Assembly (NCBI GenBank): GCA_002104945.1
Contig: MCFH01000078.1
Coordinates: forward strand, 151,785 to 215,784
Origin: Piromyces finnis finn
Lineage: Eukaryota > Fungi > Neocallimastigomycota
Length of the DNA: 64,000 bases
Direction: 5' to 3'
Part shown: piece after piece, positions 29,601 to 49,761 of the stretch
How positions within the stretch are numbered: the first letter of the stretch is position 1
Layout: every line of letters begins with the position of its first letter
Program-made: the position numbers and the translations under genes
The notes under the pieces: model-generated
Databases searched by the model: none
The model's input: the letters and a program-made list of their open reading frames with translations, nothing else
What the model was told of the DNA's origin: nothing

Positions 29601-32600
29601 ATTATTAGCTGGTGCTGTTATAATGTAATTCTTTGCATTGTTTTCATAATTAAGATTTAAAGTATTATTATTAGAATCAATACATAAATTAAATGATGAA
29701 GTAAGAATATCACCAAATGCACTACATGATGATTTAGGGATAATAGCTCTACTTTCAGATTTTCCAATTAAATATGAATTTTCCCTATCTTTAACGTAAC
29801 CATATGTTTGTTTACATTTCTTATCATCACAATTAATTAAAGCATATTTTTTAATGTCATTTTCATTAATGCTTTCATCTTTTATAAGTGAAACTTCATT
29901 AATACTACCATCGAACTTAATTAAATGAATTCCAGCTGTTAAATCTGATTCTGTTATTGATACTGGTGTATTGTTATTATTTAATGAAATAATTTTTTTT
30001 CCTGTTATGCAATAGCTATTGCTTTCTAGATTAGAATTATAACTTTCATTATTTTTTATTTCATCACTACATTCATTGACGGTAACTATATATATATATT
30101 TGAATTAAAATATGTATAATATTTCATAAAAACGTACAATCTTAATATTCTTTATAATATTATTATAATATTGTATTTATAATTTAATTATATTTATTTT
30201 ACATATAATAATAAGGTTTTCTAAATTAGAAAATAGTTACCTGGAGGTATATAAGCAGAACAAATACCAGTTTTTTTACAAATATATCTTTTACTGTCTA
30301 AGGAACACATTGAAGACATAATTGAAACTTCTAAACTTGAATTCATTGTACAATATTCGTTAGCACTCTCTAATGTTTTCAAAACTATGGAATCATTTTT
30401 AACATCAATTAATCCGTATTCATTATTTTGGATTTCAGAAAAGATACTCTTTTCATTATAACTAATTAAATATAAACCAGGAGTTCCTATAGCACTCGTT
30501 GTTATTGTTGGGTTTGCATTATCAAGACAAAGTTTTCCATCATTAATTATCTTACCAATAATACATGAAGATTCTCCTGTAACTAATTTACAACCTTTAT
30601 CATTATTTGCTGAACATTCGATGAATTTATTCGTTTCTGTATCTGCTGCATTTATATAATATCCAGTAGCTGATACCTTTTCTTTTTCACATTCAGATAT
30701 AGTACATTTTATTAAAATACCGGAAGTAGTATTATCGCTAATTAATTCATTATTATTTTCGTTTAATAATATATAACCTTCATATGGAGTACATATACCT
30801 GATGATTGTTTACATTTACTAATAATTGTTTTTTTATCTGTGAATCCTTCCACTTTCTTCAATATACTACCTGAATCTATTGAATCAAATTTCAAAATTT
30901 GATCAATACTACTTTGTAAAGAAAGAGATTTTGTATCAGCATTAAATTCATATAATTTAAAAACATCATCAATTATTATAATATATAACCCGTTATTTTT
31001 ATTAACTTTTGATTTTATTTTTTTTTTTTTAATTTTATAATATAATTATAGTATGGTGTAATATATGTATATATATATAGTTATTTTATTTTAAAATATA
31101 TATAAATTGAGAGTAAATAATATATATGATTAAATAAAAATTCACTACATTTAAATATAAAGTAATAAATCGAGTGCGATAATAATTTATACATACCTTT
31201 TAGACTTTCAAAATATATAATATTTGACACTAATCTAATAAGAATTGATGTTTCCGATGAAATTCCAGTAAATTCATTGTGAGCTGATGCTGCAATAATA
31301 TAATTATTTGTATTATTTCCAGAGTTAAATTCTAAAGCATTATCACCATTATTGTTTATACATAATTTGAATGAAGTAATAATATCACCAAATGTTTCAC
31401 ATGATGATTTAGGAGTAATAGCTCTGCTTTCTGACTTTCCAATTAAATATGTAGTTGCTCTATCTTTAACATAACCAAATGTTTGTTCGCATCTTTCATC
31501 ATCACAATTAATTAGAGCATATTTTTTGATATTGGCGGAATCAATAGTTATAGTTGATATAGATGAAATTTCAGAAATATTTTTCCCTTCAAATTTAAGT
31601 AAATGAATTCCAGATGATAGATTTAACTCTGTTATAAATTGTGCAGTTGAATCTACCTTTGCAATAATTTCTTTATCCTTAATACAATATCCATCAATAT
31701 TGTCTATATTATACTCATTTACATGTATACTTGTATTTTCGTTTCCAGCACATTTAGGTATGGATACTATATAACATTAATTATATAAAATATTAATGTT
31801 TGTCATTTTATAAAAGTAAGTTTAAATAAATACTTAATTATATATATTTACCTCCTTTTTGATTTATATTATTATAAAATTAATTTATTTGAAGTTTTAA
31901 ATTTATTATTATTTATTATAATATAGTAAATAGTATTTATTTTAAATAAATATATATTTAAATTATGATAATTTTTAATAATTAATTTTTTTTACTTAAT
32001 ATAAATATTTACCTGAAGATAACTCACAAATACCTGTCGTTTTACAGGTATATCGTGTGCTATCTTCTGAACATGCAGAGGATATAGGCAAGGTTATTAA
32101 ACTTGAATTTATTACACAATAATCACTATCAATATTTAATATTTTAAGTGTTATAGAATTATCCATAACTTCAACTAATTCAAACATATTTTTACTACCA
32201 GTAGTAAAGATGCTAGCTTCACGATATTTCACTATATAATTACCATTATTATTAGTTTTTATATTGTTATCAAGACAAAGTTTTCCATCTGTAGTAATTT
32301 CACCAATAGTTGAACTGTCACATGAAGTTTCTCCTACAACCAATTTACAATTACTTGCCGTATATTTAATGAATTTATTAGTTTCTGTATCAGCAGCATT
32401 TAAATAATAACCAATAGCTGGTGATTGAACATCTTCACATACTATAGATTGATCATTTCTACAACTTACTAATGTACCAGCAGTATTAGTATCGTTAATA
32501 ATAACACCAGTACTCGAATCTAATAAGAAATATCCAATTATTTGATGACATATACTAGCATCACATTGATAAATAGCAAATCCAGTTTTTATTGAAGCTT

Positions 32601-35600
32601 CTACTAAAATATCATTTGATTCAATTGAATTAAATGATAATATTTTTTTCGTAGTTTCTAATGTTACTGTTTTATCATTTGATGAATATTTGTATAATTT
32701 TAAATTATTTTCTGTATTTAAAATATAAAATTTTTCATTTTCATTAACTACATAAAAAAAATAATTATTTTAATATAATTTATTAGTATTGTATATTAAA
32801 TGTATAAAAATAAGTGATATCTTTTATTAGTTTAACATTTTAGTTTTATCAAAAAAAAATTTATTATATGAATAATATATTATCTTAATATTTAAATTCT
32901 TAATTTTTAATAAATTATTATATTATTGATAGAATTAAATAATTTCATTTCAATTAATAACAATTTCTTTTGAATAATAATAAAAATTAGACTTACCATT
33001 AATGTTATCTAAATAAATAATATTAGAAACTGATCTTATAAAAATAGCACCATTTGTTTTTGTAAATTCATTTTCATTTTCAACATTAATAACATAATTT
33101 GTTGTTGTTGTTGAACTATTAATTTCAATGGGACTTGAATCAATGTTGTCTCTACATAATTTATAATCAGTTGTAATATCTCCATATTTAGTACAAGAAG
33201 ATTCTGTTGTAATTAATGTATTCTTTTTACTTTTTCCAATTAAATAAACATTATCATTAAAAACTTTAATATAACCATATGTTTGTTTACATTGACTTTC
33301 ATTACAATTCATTAATGCATATCTTGTTATATCTGATACATTTTCATTTGATACATTTGTAACTGGCGTAACGTTATTTCCGTCAAATTTTATTAAATTA
33401 ATTCCTTTCGTAAATACTTCACTAATTATAAATAATTCCGTTTTATCCTTCAATGCAATTATTTTATTATCTTTTATACAATAATTATTAGCAATTTGAT
33501 CACCGTTATATTTAGAAAAATCAATATTAATACTGCTATTAGTGCATTGATCAATTGTCACTTTAAATCAAAAAATATAAATAAAATGATTAATATCATT
33601 ATTTTTAAAAATTAAAATAAATATTATAATTATATAGTTATAAATATTTTTACCTCCTTTTTGGTTTTACATTTATAATAATATATAATAAAAAATATTT
33701 TTTTACGTATAACAAAAATTTAATTAATTCTTTTGAAATTTATAAAAAAGTATCTCATTGTTTAATAGTTGGTATTTACCTAAAGATAATTCACAAATAC
33801 CTGTTGTTTTACAGGTATATCTTGTAGTTCCTTCGGTACATATAGAAGACGTAGATAAAGCCGACAAATTTGAATTATTTAAACAATAGTCTTCATCATA
33901 ATCTAATATTAAATAATTTAGTTTTAAAAGCATTATTTAATAAAAATAATAACAATTTTTAATAATTTATTTTTTAAATATTTATTTTTATTATTATAAA
34001 AAGACTATTACCATTAAAATTATCTAAATAAAATATATTATTAGCTGATTTTATCAATATATTGCCTGAAGAATTTGTAAATTCATTTACATTCGAAACA
34101 TTAATAATATAGTTTGTCTCTGAAGTTGAACTGTTAAGTATTAAAGGACTTGTATCACCACTATTTTTACATAAACTATAATTACTGGTAAGAATATCTC
34201 CTGATTCAGAACATAATGATTTAGTAGTAATTATATCACTCTTACTTTTTCCAAATAAATAAATAGAATTATTGTATTCTTTAATATAACCGTGAGTTTG
34301 TTTACATTTGTTTTCATCGCAATTTATTAATGCGAATTTTGTTATGTTGCTATCATTTACATAATGGATTGATTCATTTTTAGACTTTAAATATATTGTC
34401 TTTCCATCAAAGAAATATAATAGTATTCCTGGGTTCAATTTTACTCTTTCCACTATAGTATTATTACTATATATATAAATTAAATTTTTATAAAAACAAT
34501 AACTATAACTATCAGTATTGAAATTGCTGTTTTGATTAGCGTTTAATATTGAATCATTACAAGGGTCAATGTTTACTATTAAATTTTAATAAAATATAAT
34601 ATATATATATATAAACGGCAATTTAAATTTTATAATGATAACGATATTTTTAAATAATTATACATAAATAAATATATAAAGAAATATATAATTTAATTGT
34701 TAAATAAATGAATAAAATAAAATAAATATATCTTTATCATTATATTTACCTCCTTTTAAATGAAAATATTTATATAAATTTTATTTTTTATTAAAATTAA
34801 TATTAGTTAAGGAAATATTACTTTTTAAATTTAAAAATAGTAATTACCAATAATTACCTATAGGTGGTGAAAAAACATTACATATACCGGTTGTTTTGCA
34901 AGAATATCTTGTACTACCTTCAGTACATGCGCGATTTAGAAATCTAGTTGAAGCTACTAAATTTGAATTTTCAACACAATAATCACCTTCTTTATCTAAT
35001 GTTTTAAATGTTATTGAATTTGATTCAACTTTTATTAATATATAATCAGCTTTAAATATACTTTCGTTTCCATTTTTAATTAAGTATTCTCCGCTTCCAC
35101 TAGTTTTTACATTTTCGTTAAGACAAATTGACCCATCATTAACAATTTTACCAATAGTTGAACTATTACATGAAGATTCTCCTGTAACTAACTTACAATC
35201 ATTACTTGCACTACACTCAATGAATCTTTCAGTTTCAGTATTATTATAGTAGCCTATAGCAGGAGACTGAACATTAGTACATTTAAAAGACGGTGACATG
35301 CCAGTACATTCAATTAAAGTACCAGAATTAGTATTGTCAGAAATAAAACTACCAGAAGATGAATCTAATAAGTGATATCCATTATTATTAATACATACAC
35401 CAGAAGAGGTATCACAATTGTAAATATTAAATTCAGAATCTTCATTTGAAATTTTTACTATAATATTATTCATATTCATGCTACTGTAACTCGATTCAAT
35501 GTTTTCAAGTAAAATAGAATTCAATGTAACACTAAGTAAACCATATCCTCCTTCTTCTCCTATATTCTCTGATATAGTTTTTTCTTTATATTTAATTAAA

Positions 35601-37189
35601 TATTTAACCTCTATAACTCCAAATGTTTGAGATAACCTATCATTAAAAAGACAAACAGTCCCATTTGTAGTAATCATACCAATACTCTCATCATTACATG
35701 ATGAAATTTCGGTTCTTATTATATTGCAATTATTATTACTTAGACATTGAATATACTGATTTTTTGATAAAACACTACTTTTGAAATAACCAATTTTTGA
35801 AGTAATAGGATTATATATATTATTAATATAATAATTTAATGTTCCTGTACCATCAGTTGAAAGTACTGCATTTTTTTCACCTAATAAATAATATCCCTCT
35901 TCATGTATTAAGTTATTATTTTTTTAATAATCATAAATAAAAAATTATTATAATAATAGTAATAATAATAATATTGATTAGTTGAAAATAGTGAAAAGAA
36001 TTAAGTTATCATTAATATCACTCTGAAAAAAAAGAAGCATACCAGAACCATCATCTAAATCAAAAGAAGAATTATTAACTAAATTTTTTTCATATAATTC
36101 TCTGTCTGAACTTGGTGTATATTTTTCTTCTTCAATTTGAGGATATTTCACTAGGTCTATATTACCAAAAGCGGAATAAACCATATAATGATGTTCATCC
36201 ATAACATGTTTTGTACCAGATAGAAAATAATTAAGGTTTTCTTTATCATTTATTGGGTCATCCCATGTTACATCAAGAATATACCATTTACCATTATCCA
36301 TTTTAACAAGATTCCATTCATGGTCTATACTTCTTGCAATAATACAATCAATATTATAATGATGTGCTATATATTGAATAGCTTCTGCATAACCTTCACA
36401 AACACATATATTTTCAACAATACTACCATATATATTTCTAATATGAATTCTATTTTCATCCAATACATATTCTATATTTTCTACTAAATAATCATGGATA
36501 TATCTTAAAATACCATATTTTGTTGTTATTTCCTTTTGGTCTATTTGCTTTATGATTCTTTCTTTAACACTCACTATTTCTTTATTCATAACTGCAATAC
36601 TTTCACTTGTATAGCCACTAAATTTATCATTAGGTGGGTGTAAATTTAGTTTAAATGTAATACTTGTTTCATTATAAGAATAACTACCACTGAATGAACT
36701 AATCCACCAAATTCCTGGATTTTCATAAATTAATGCTGTATATACTTTTTCTAAGGAATATAGGGGTGTATTTATGAATTGAATTACTTCATCAATTCCA
36801 TTAAAATTGTTGAGAGTTATTTTAAAATCAAAATCAGGTAGTTCTTTAACTGAACCATTATATAATACCTTATAAATTTCTTTTTCTCTATCATTAAGTT
36901 GATTATAGAAATTAGTAAAATTCTCTATAAGACTATTAGAACTAATAAAAACATTATCCTCCATCATTTCTAGTAATTTGAGTTTTTCATCATCAGTCCA
37001 ATATTTAATCGGGATATTATTATATAAAGTTGAATTTCCTTCAGTATGTTCATCAAAATAATCATTTTGAATATTATTTATTTTTTTGAATACTGTTGTA
37101 TTAAAATATTGTGCCAATGATAATTCTATTAATTCAAATAAAATTAAACCAATTTGCAGCAAACGAAATCTAAAAATAATAGTCTTCAT
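20644..37189 (-). CDS. Giant (~4,845 aa) secreted, C-terminally anchored scaffoldin-like Cys-rich repeat protein with an N-terminal transglutaminase-like domain
   Basis: Hand-spliced minus-strand exons 37189-36043, 35880-34858, [34752-34750], 34452-34012, 33902-33780, [33656-33654], 33560-32997, 32747-32013, [31854-31852], 31766-31197, 31005-30241, 30085-29522, 29240-20644. All introns are GT-AG phase 1 and the exons sum to 14,538 nt = 4,846 codons. Signal peptide MKTIIFRFRLLQIGLILFELIELSLAQ; dozens of (Y/F)(Y/L)INA..LI.C....C repeats as in anaerobic-fungal scaffoldins; hydrophobic C-terminus SAASFHYLYPSLLTTTLFTLNIIFLFFILV. Confidence 0.85.
31852..31854 (-). other. 3-nt micro-exon candidate GAG no.3
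   Basis: Minus strand tcaaaaAG-gag-GTaaata, between exons ending 32013 and starting 31766. Confidence 0.65.
33654..33656 (-). other. 3-nt micro-exon candidate GAG no.2
   Basis: Minus strand ccaaaaAG-gag-GTaaaaa, between exons ending 33780 and starting 33560. Confidence 0.65.
34750..34752 (-). other. 3-nt micro-exon candidate GAG (or recursive AG|GT site) no.1
   Basis: Minus strand tttaaaAG-gag-GTaaata, between exons ending 34858 and starting 34452. Confidence 0.65.
36043..37189 (-). other. Exon 1 of the giant gene: signal peptide + transglutaminase-like (papain-fold Cys-His-Asp) domain
   Basis: LRYIHDYLVENIEY..NIYGSIVENICVCEGYAEA (Cys264) ..DHEWNLV (His290) ..KWYILDVTWDD (Asp306) is the typical bacterial transglutaminase-like core with an intact triad. 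Confidence 0.88.
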
Positions 37190-39580
37190 AATTTTATAAA
37201 TATTAGTATTTATTCAAAAAAAAAAAAAATAAGAAAAACATCAATATTTTAATTATTAAATAAAAATACAATATGAATAATAAAATATAATAAAATATAT
37301 CTAAAATATATAATTTCAAGTATATTTTTATAAAAAAAAGGATAGAATAATGATTTCAATATAAATTAAAAATAATAACTATTATTATTGTGGAAATAAA
37401 GTTTTGTATATACCCTTTTTTTCTCCATTAATATTAATGTTTTTTAAATATTTTAAACTTTGGTTTTTAATTAATTTTTTAAATTAAAAATGAAATAATG
37501 GAGATGAATAATAAATTAATAAAAAAAAATGGAGAGGTGAATTTAATAATATATATATATAAAAAGATGGTAAATAAATAATTAAATATATAAAAGATGT
37601 TTCTATATTAATTAAATTAATCATTATACCACAAAATTACTAAAGCGGTGTTTAAAATTCTTTTTATTTTAAATAGTTATATTCTTATTTAAGATAAAGC
37701 AGAATTATTTATGCTATTCAAATAAGAGTATTTATTCTCATTTTATATTATTAATATAAAAGATTATTAATTATTCGATTTAAAATGATAAAGTAAAACT
37801 GTTTTCAGACTAGTATTAAAATATTATGAAGCTAATAGTTAGAATAAATTAAACAATAAGATGTTTTTCAGAGTAATTTAATTATAGTATTAGATAATAT
37901 CTAAAAATTAATTTATAATACATTCATTTTTCATAAAAAAACATATAACAAATTCTATATTATGATTTTTTTCTTCAAAAAAAAAAAATATATAATATAC
38001 ATACATAAAAATATTTATAATTGATAATAAACAATCTTTATAAAATAGATTTAATATATGAATTATTCAACTATAATTGATAAAAAACATTTTCAATAAT
38101 TTAACTAATGAATTGAATCATTATTTTTATTATTTTTTATATGAAATAAATATAACATAATATTATATTTCTTTTTATTAATTATATTATCACTAATTTT
38201 AATTAGGTTTTTTTTTTCTGACATTTTTATGAAATAGTAACTTCATTTTAATTTGTTTTTTTTTTAAAACAAAATTATAATTAAAAAAGTAAAATAAATA
38301 AATAAACAAGTAAATAATAAATAAATAAATATGCTAAAACATAAAATATTAAATATTAAACAAGATGGTTATCAATAGAGTAATATTTAATTATAATAAA
38401 GAATAAAAATAATAAATATATTTTTTTAATTCATAAGTTATTTTTTTCTTAAAATATATAAATAAATAATCCATGTATTATTGATAAATATATATAATTA
38501 AGCTTAAAAAATCTAAAATTTCTTCTTTTTTTAAATAAATTAATTTATATTTCTGTTATATATTATATCAATTCCTTTTATTTAAATTCCTACTAAATAA
38601 ATATTCCTTTTTTCTAAAGTTTTATTGTTTTATGATAAAAATTAGTAATTTTCAAATAAATTCTTAATAATTCTAATTATTACAATAATTATTATATATA
38701 TATTACTAATTTAGTAATAATAAAAGTAATAGTGATAGAGAATATTGTTAATAGTAGTAGTGTATATAATATATCATTTCATTACGATTACATATCAAAA
38801 CATCATCAAAAGTAGCTTTTTTTTTATTTGATTTGGTTAAATTATAATACACCTTTAAATCTGATTTTATTTTTGCATAGTTTTAATTTTATTTAATGAA
38901 ACTTTATCATTTTCATTATAAATTTTAATAAAAACCAATTAAAGTAAAATGAATAATCTAATAAAATCTAGATATGTACAATAATGATGGTGGTTTGTCC
39001 TAATTTTTTTTTATAAAGTAGAATTAATAAAAAAAAAAAAAAAAAAGGAATACAAAAAATATAATGCATTATTAATTTTTAATTTTAAATATTTTTATTT
39101 TTTGTATTTCAAATAAATGATTAGTAATAAGAATAATTAAACATATATTTTAATAAAAACAATAATATATATAAATATTAATTTTACATTTATACTGAAT
39201 AAAGGTATGATATTAAAAAAATTTGTTTTTATATTATGTATAATTAGAATGAAATGATAACTTTTTCTTAATAATAAAATAAATAGTAGTATATAAAAAT
39301 AAAAAAAAAAGATAGTAACAATATTCAATAATATATAATATATTTAACAGGAATATAAAAAATATTTAAATTTATATAAACATTCTTTTTAACAAAGAAT
39401 ATAAAGAATGAAAACTATAAAATATATAAAAAAAACTATATGTATTAAAGTATTTGTAATAATATTTAATGAGTTAAATTTGTTCCACCTTTCTTTTCAT
39501 TTTTGAAATATAGATTCTATAATATGTAAATAAATAAATTAATAAATAAATCTAAATATAATTAATTAATATATGATTAT

Positions 39581-46724
<7,144 letters not shown>

Positions 46725-47665
46725 TATATATATATATTCTTTTTTTAAAGAGTTTAATTTATTTTATACTGTATAAAATATAGTTTCAATTTTTCTATTG
46801 TAATGGATATATTATGTATAATTAGAGCTATATTTTATCAAAAAAAAAAAAAAATATTATTTAATATCAATTAATAATACATTCATTATTATTTGAAATA
46901 ATGATTTTAAATTTATATTAGATAATATTCATGGCATTTATTTTCTATATTGAATTTTTCTATAATTAAAAAAAGAACATATTAAGAACACATCTGCAAA
47001 ATAAAATATTTTTTAACAAGTAATATTTTATATATATATATTATAAAAAAAGTATGTATATTTATTATAAAACAATTTTATTTTATTTTTTTTTTTTTTT
47101 TTGAAATAAAGTATTGTCTTTAAATGAATTCTTTTTTATTATTTTAACTTTTAATTTAATTTAATTATGTCATAAGGAGAAAAACTCTTATCAAATATCC
47201 AAAAGTTTAACAAGTTAATTATTTAACAATACCTTAGATAATAAAGTTTTTCAAAAAACTTTAATATTAATTAAAAAAAAGAGTAAATAATGTATCACAG
47301 GTAGTCATAGATAGTCAAATATGAAATAATATTTGAATCTTAAAATTATTACTAATTATAAGATTCAAATGAACCTATGAAAGAACATTGTTTTATGGTT
47401 CATATAAAAAATAACCACTATTTATATAAATTAAGTATAGATGTATTTAAAAAAAAAAAAAAAGATAAATTGATTAAAAAAAAAAAAAAGAAAAGAAAGA
47501 AAAAGAAATAATTTATAAATATATTTTTTTTAAAAAAAAAATAAAAATTAAAGAGAATCAAAATAAAAGAAAGTGAGAGAATATGAAAATGACTTTAATA
47601 CAAATTACAAATTAATGATTTTAATTAATTCATAAAAGTTTAGTAAAGTTAAATTACTAAAGTTA

Positions 47666-49223
47666 TCAATTTAAATTTTTAATCCATTCTTTGGTATATT
47701 GTAAAACTTTTTCAATAGCACCTTTTTATTTTTAAAAAAAAATATATTATAAATTTTTATTCAATTTTGTTATTTTTTCTTAAATAATTAATATTTTTTA
47801 TAAATATATTCTAATAAATAATGATATTACTAATAATAATGAAAACTATAAGTAAAATAAAATATCTTTACCATTTTCTGTAAATAAATGGGAAGCATTT
47901 TCAACCCATCTCCACTCTTTTAAATAATAATTATTATTTGTGGTGTTACAATTATTTATTGATGATGGATGAAATTTTTTATTTTGCGAATACTCTCTGT
48001 TTCTATGGTTTTCATTGATGGCTTGTTTTTGTTTTTCTTTTAATTCAAGACCTTGCCCAATTTGTATATATATCTTTTTATTTAAAGGAGATACACAATA
48101 ATCATTTGAACCAACAATAAATAAAACTGGAATTGCTACAATATTTTTTAAATATTTAATATTCTATCAATTATTATTAAATACAAATATATATATATAT
48201 TCTTATTTGAATGATTAAATACCATGATTATATAAAGTACTATAACAAGGAAAATTTTTAATAATAATGGAAGGAACTAAATCTGGTCTTCCACCTCTTG
48301 AAATTACACCAGCAATCCTATCGCTTTTATAATAAGTTGAGAATAAAGCAGCAGCAGCACCAGTCGAAGAACCAAATAATATCATTTTATTCTTAGATAT
48401 TATACTTAAATAATTTATAATCTAATAAAATAGTAAAAATAAAAATATAATATATATTTTATAAGATTTTATATCTATATTATTGTGCTTTGCTATAATA
48501 TATATATATATTATTTTATTTTCTTATTTATTTGTAATACTATTACAGTACTAATTTCTTCATCACAATTCATACAATTAATGAAATTTTTAAACTTTTC
48601 TTTTTGGATTAGTTGATCTATATTTAATAAATAATCTACTACGGTTAAAACTCGAGATGTTAATAATTCTAAAATATAAAAAAAGATATATATTATTATT
48701 TTTAAACTTTAAATGATATTCTTTTTTTTATTATTATGGATTAATGTTACCAATATTAAATCTATTTTCTCTTGTTACATTATCAATTTTTTCTTCTTCA
48801 GCTGTAAAAAGGTTCATTAAACAACAACATAAATTCATTTCTAATAAACCATTTGCAACATACTATGTAATTTTAGTATTTTTAAATAATAATAACGTTT
48901 TATTATTATGATTAAACCTTTTTTTTTTTTATATGTATTTAAAAAAAAAAAAATACTTTATTTCTTGATGATAGTTTAGAACTTCCTGAACCATGAATGA
49001 ATAGACAGGTTTTATTTCCTATTTTATAATTTTTTGGTATTAATATGTCAATTTTAAAATGACTATTTTCATTATTGCCAGTAAGAAATACATCTTTATT
49101 ATCAAACTTTGCAAATAGATTATTACATAATTCTTTCTCATTCGCTTCTTTTAATTTATAATAATAATCATTATTAACAGGTAATGATAATTCAATGGAA
49201 ATGAAAGAATGATTTAAAAACAT
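47666..49223 (-). CDS. Alpha/beta hydrolase of the bacterial dienelactone-hydrolase-like family, 6 exons
   Basis: Exons approx. 49223-48957, 48862-48751, 48668-~48547, ~48395-48241, 48163-47872, 47720-47666. Motifs LFIHGSGSSKLSSRNK.YVA, NLFTAEEEKID..RFNI.LLTSR, LFGSSTGAAAAL (nucleophile elbow), GVISRGGRPDL, IIVGSND, VENASHLFTENGAIEKV..EWI. The exon 3/4 junction is uncertain by a few nt. Confidence 0.8.
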
Positions 49224-49761
49224 ATCAATTTTTTATTTTTATTAAATAATACTTTACTATAATCTATAAATATAAAACTATTATTTTTTATATTTAATTG
49301 TTTTAAATATAAAAATAATAATAATAATAGTAATAGTAAGAATTAAAAATAATAAATTTAAAAAAAAAAAAAAAAAAAAGAAAGAAAAAAAAATAATAAA
49401 AGTTTTTTAAATTCAATTTATATTATTTATATAAAATCAAGATTTATTCATTTATTATTATTTTATCATTTCATTGTTAGTATTATCAAAAGTTTATTCT
49501 TAAATTTTGTTAAAATATATATATTATTATAGTTAAAACATAATATGTAATACATTTTGACTCTATTTTTATTATTATTAATAAAAATCTATAAAAATTA
49601 GACTATATATATATATATTTTCAATCGTATTACATTTTTATTTTTATTTTTATTCAATTGATAAAGAATAAAAATATAGTCTAAAAAAAAAATTAATTAA
49701 AAAAAAAAGGTAAATTAATTGAAAAAAAAGTATAGTCTAGGGTAATTAGGTATAATTTTTT

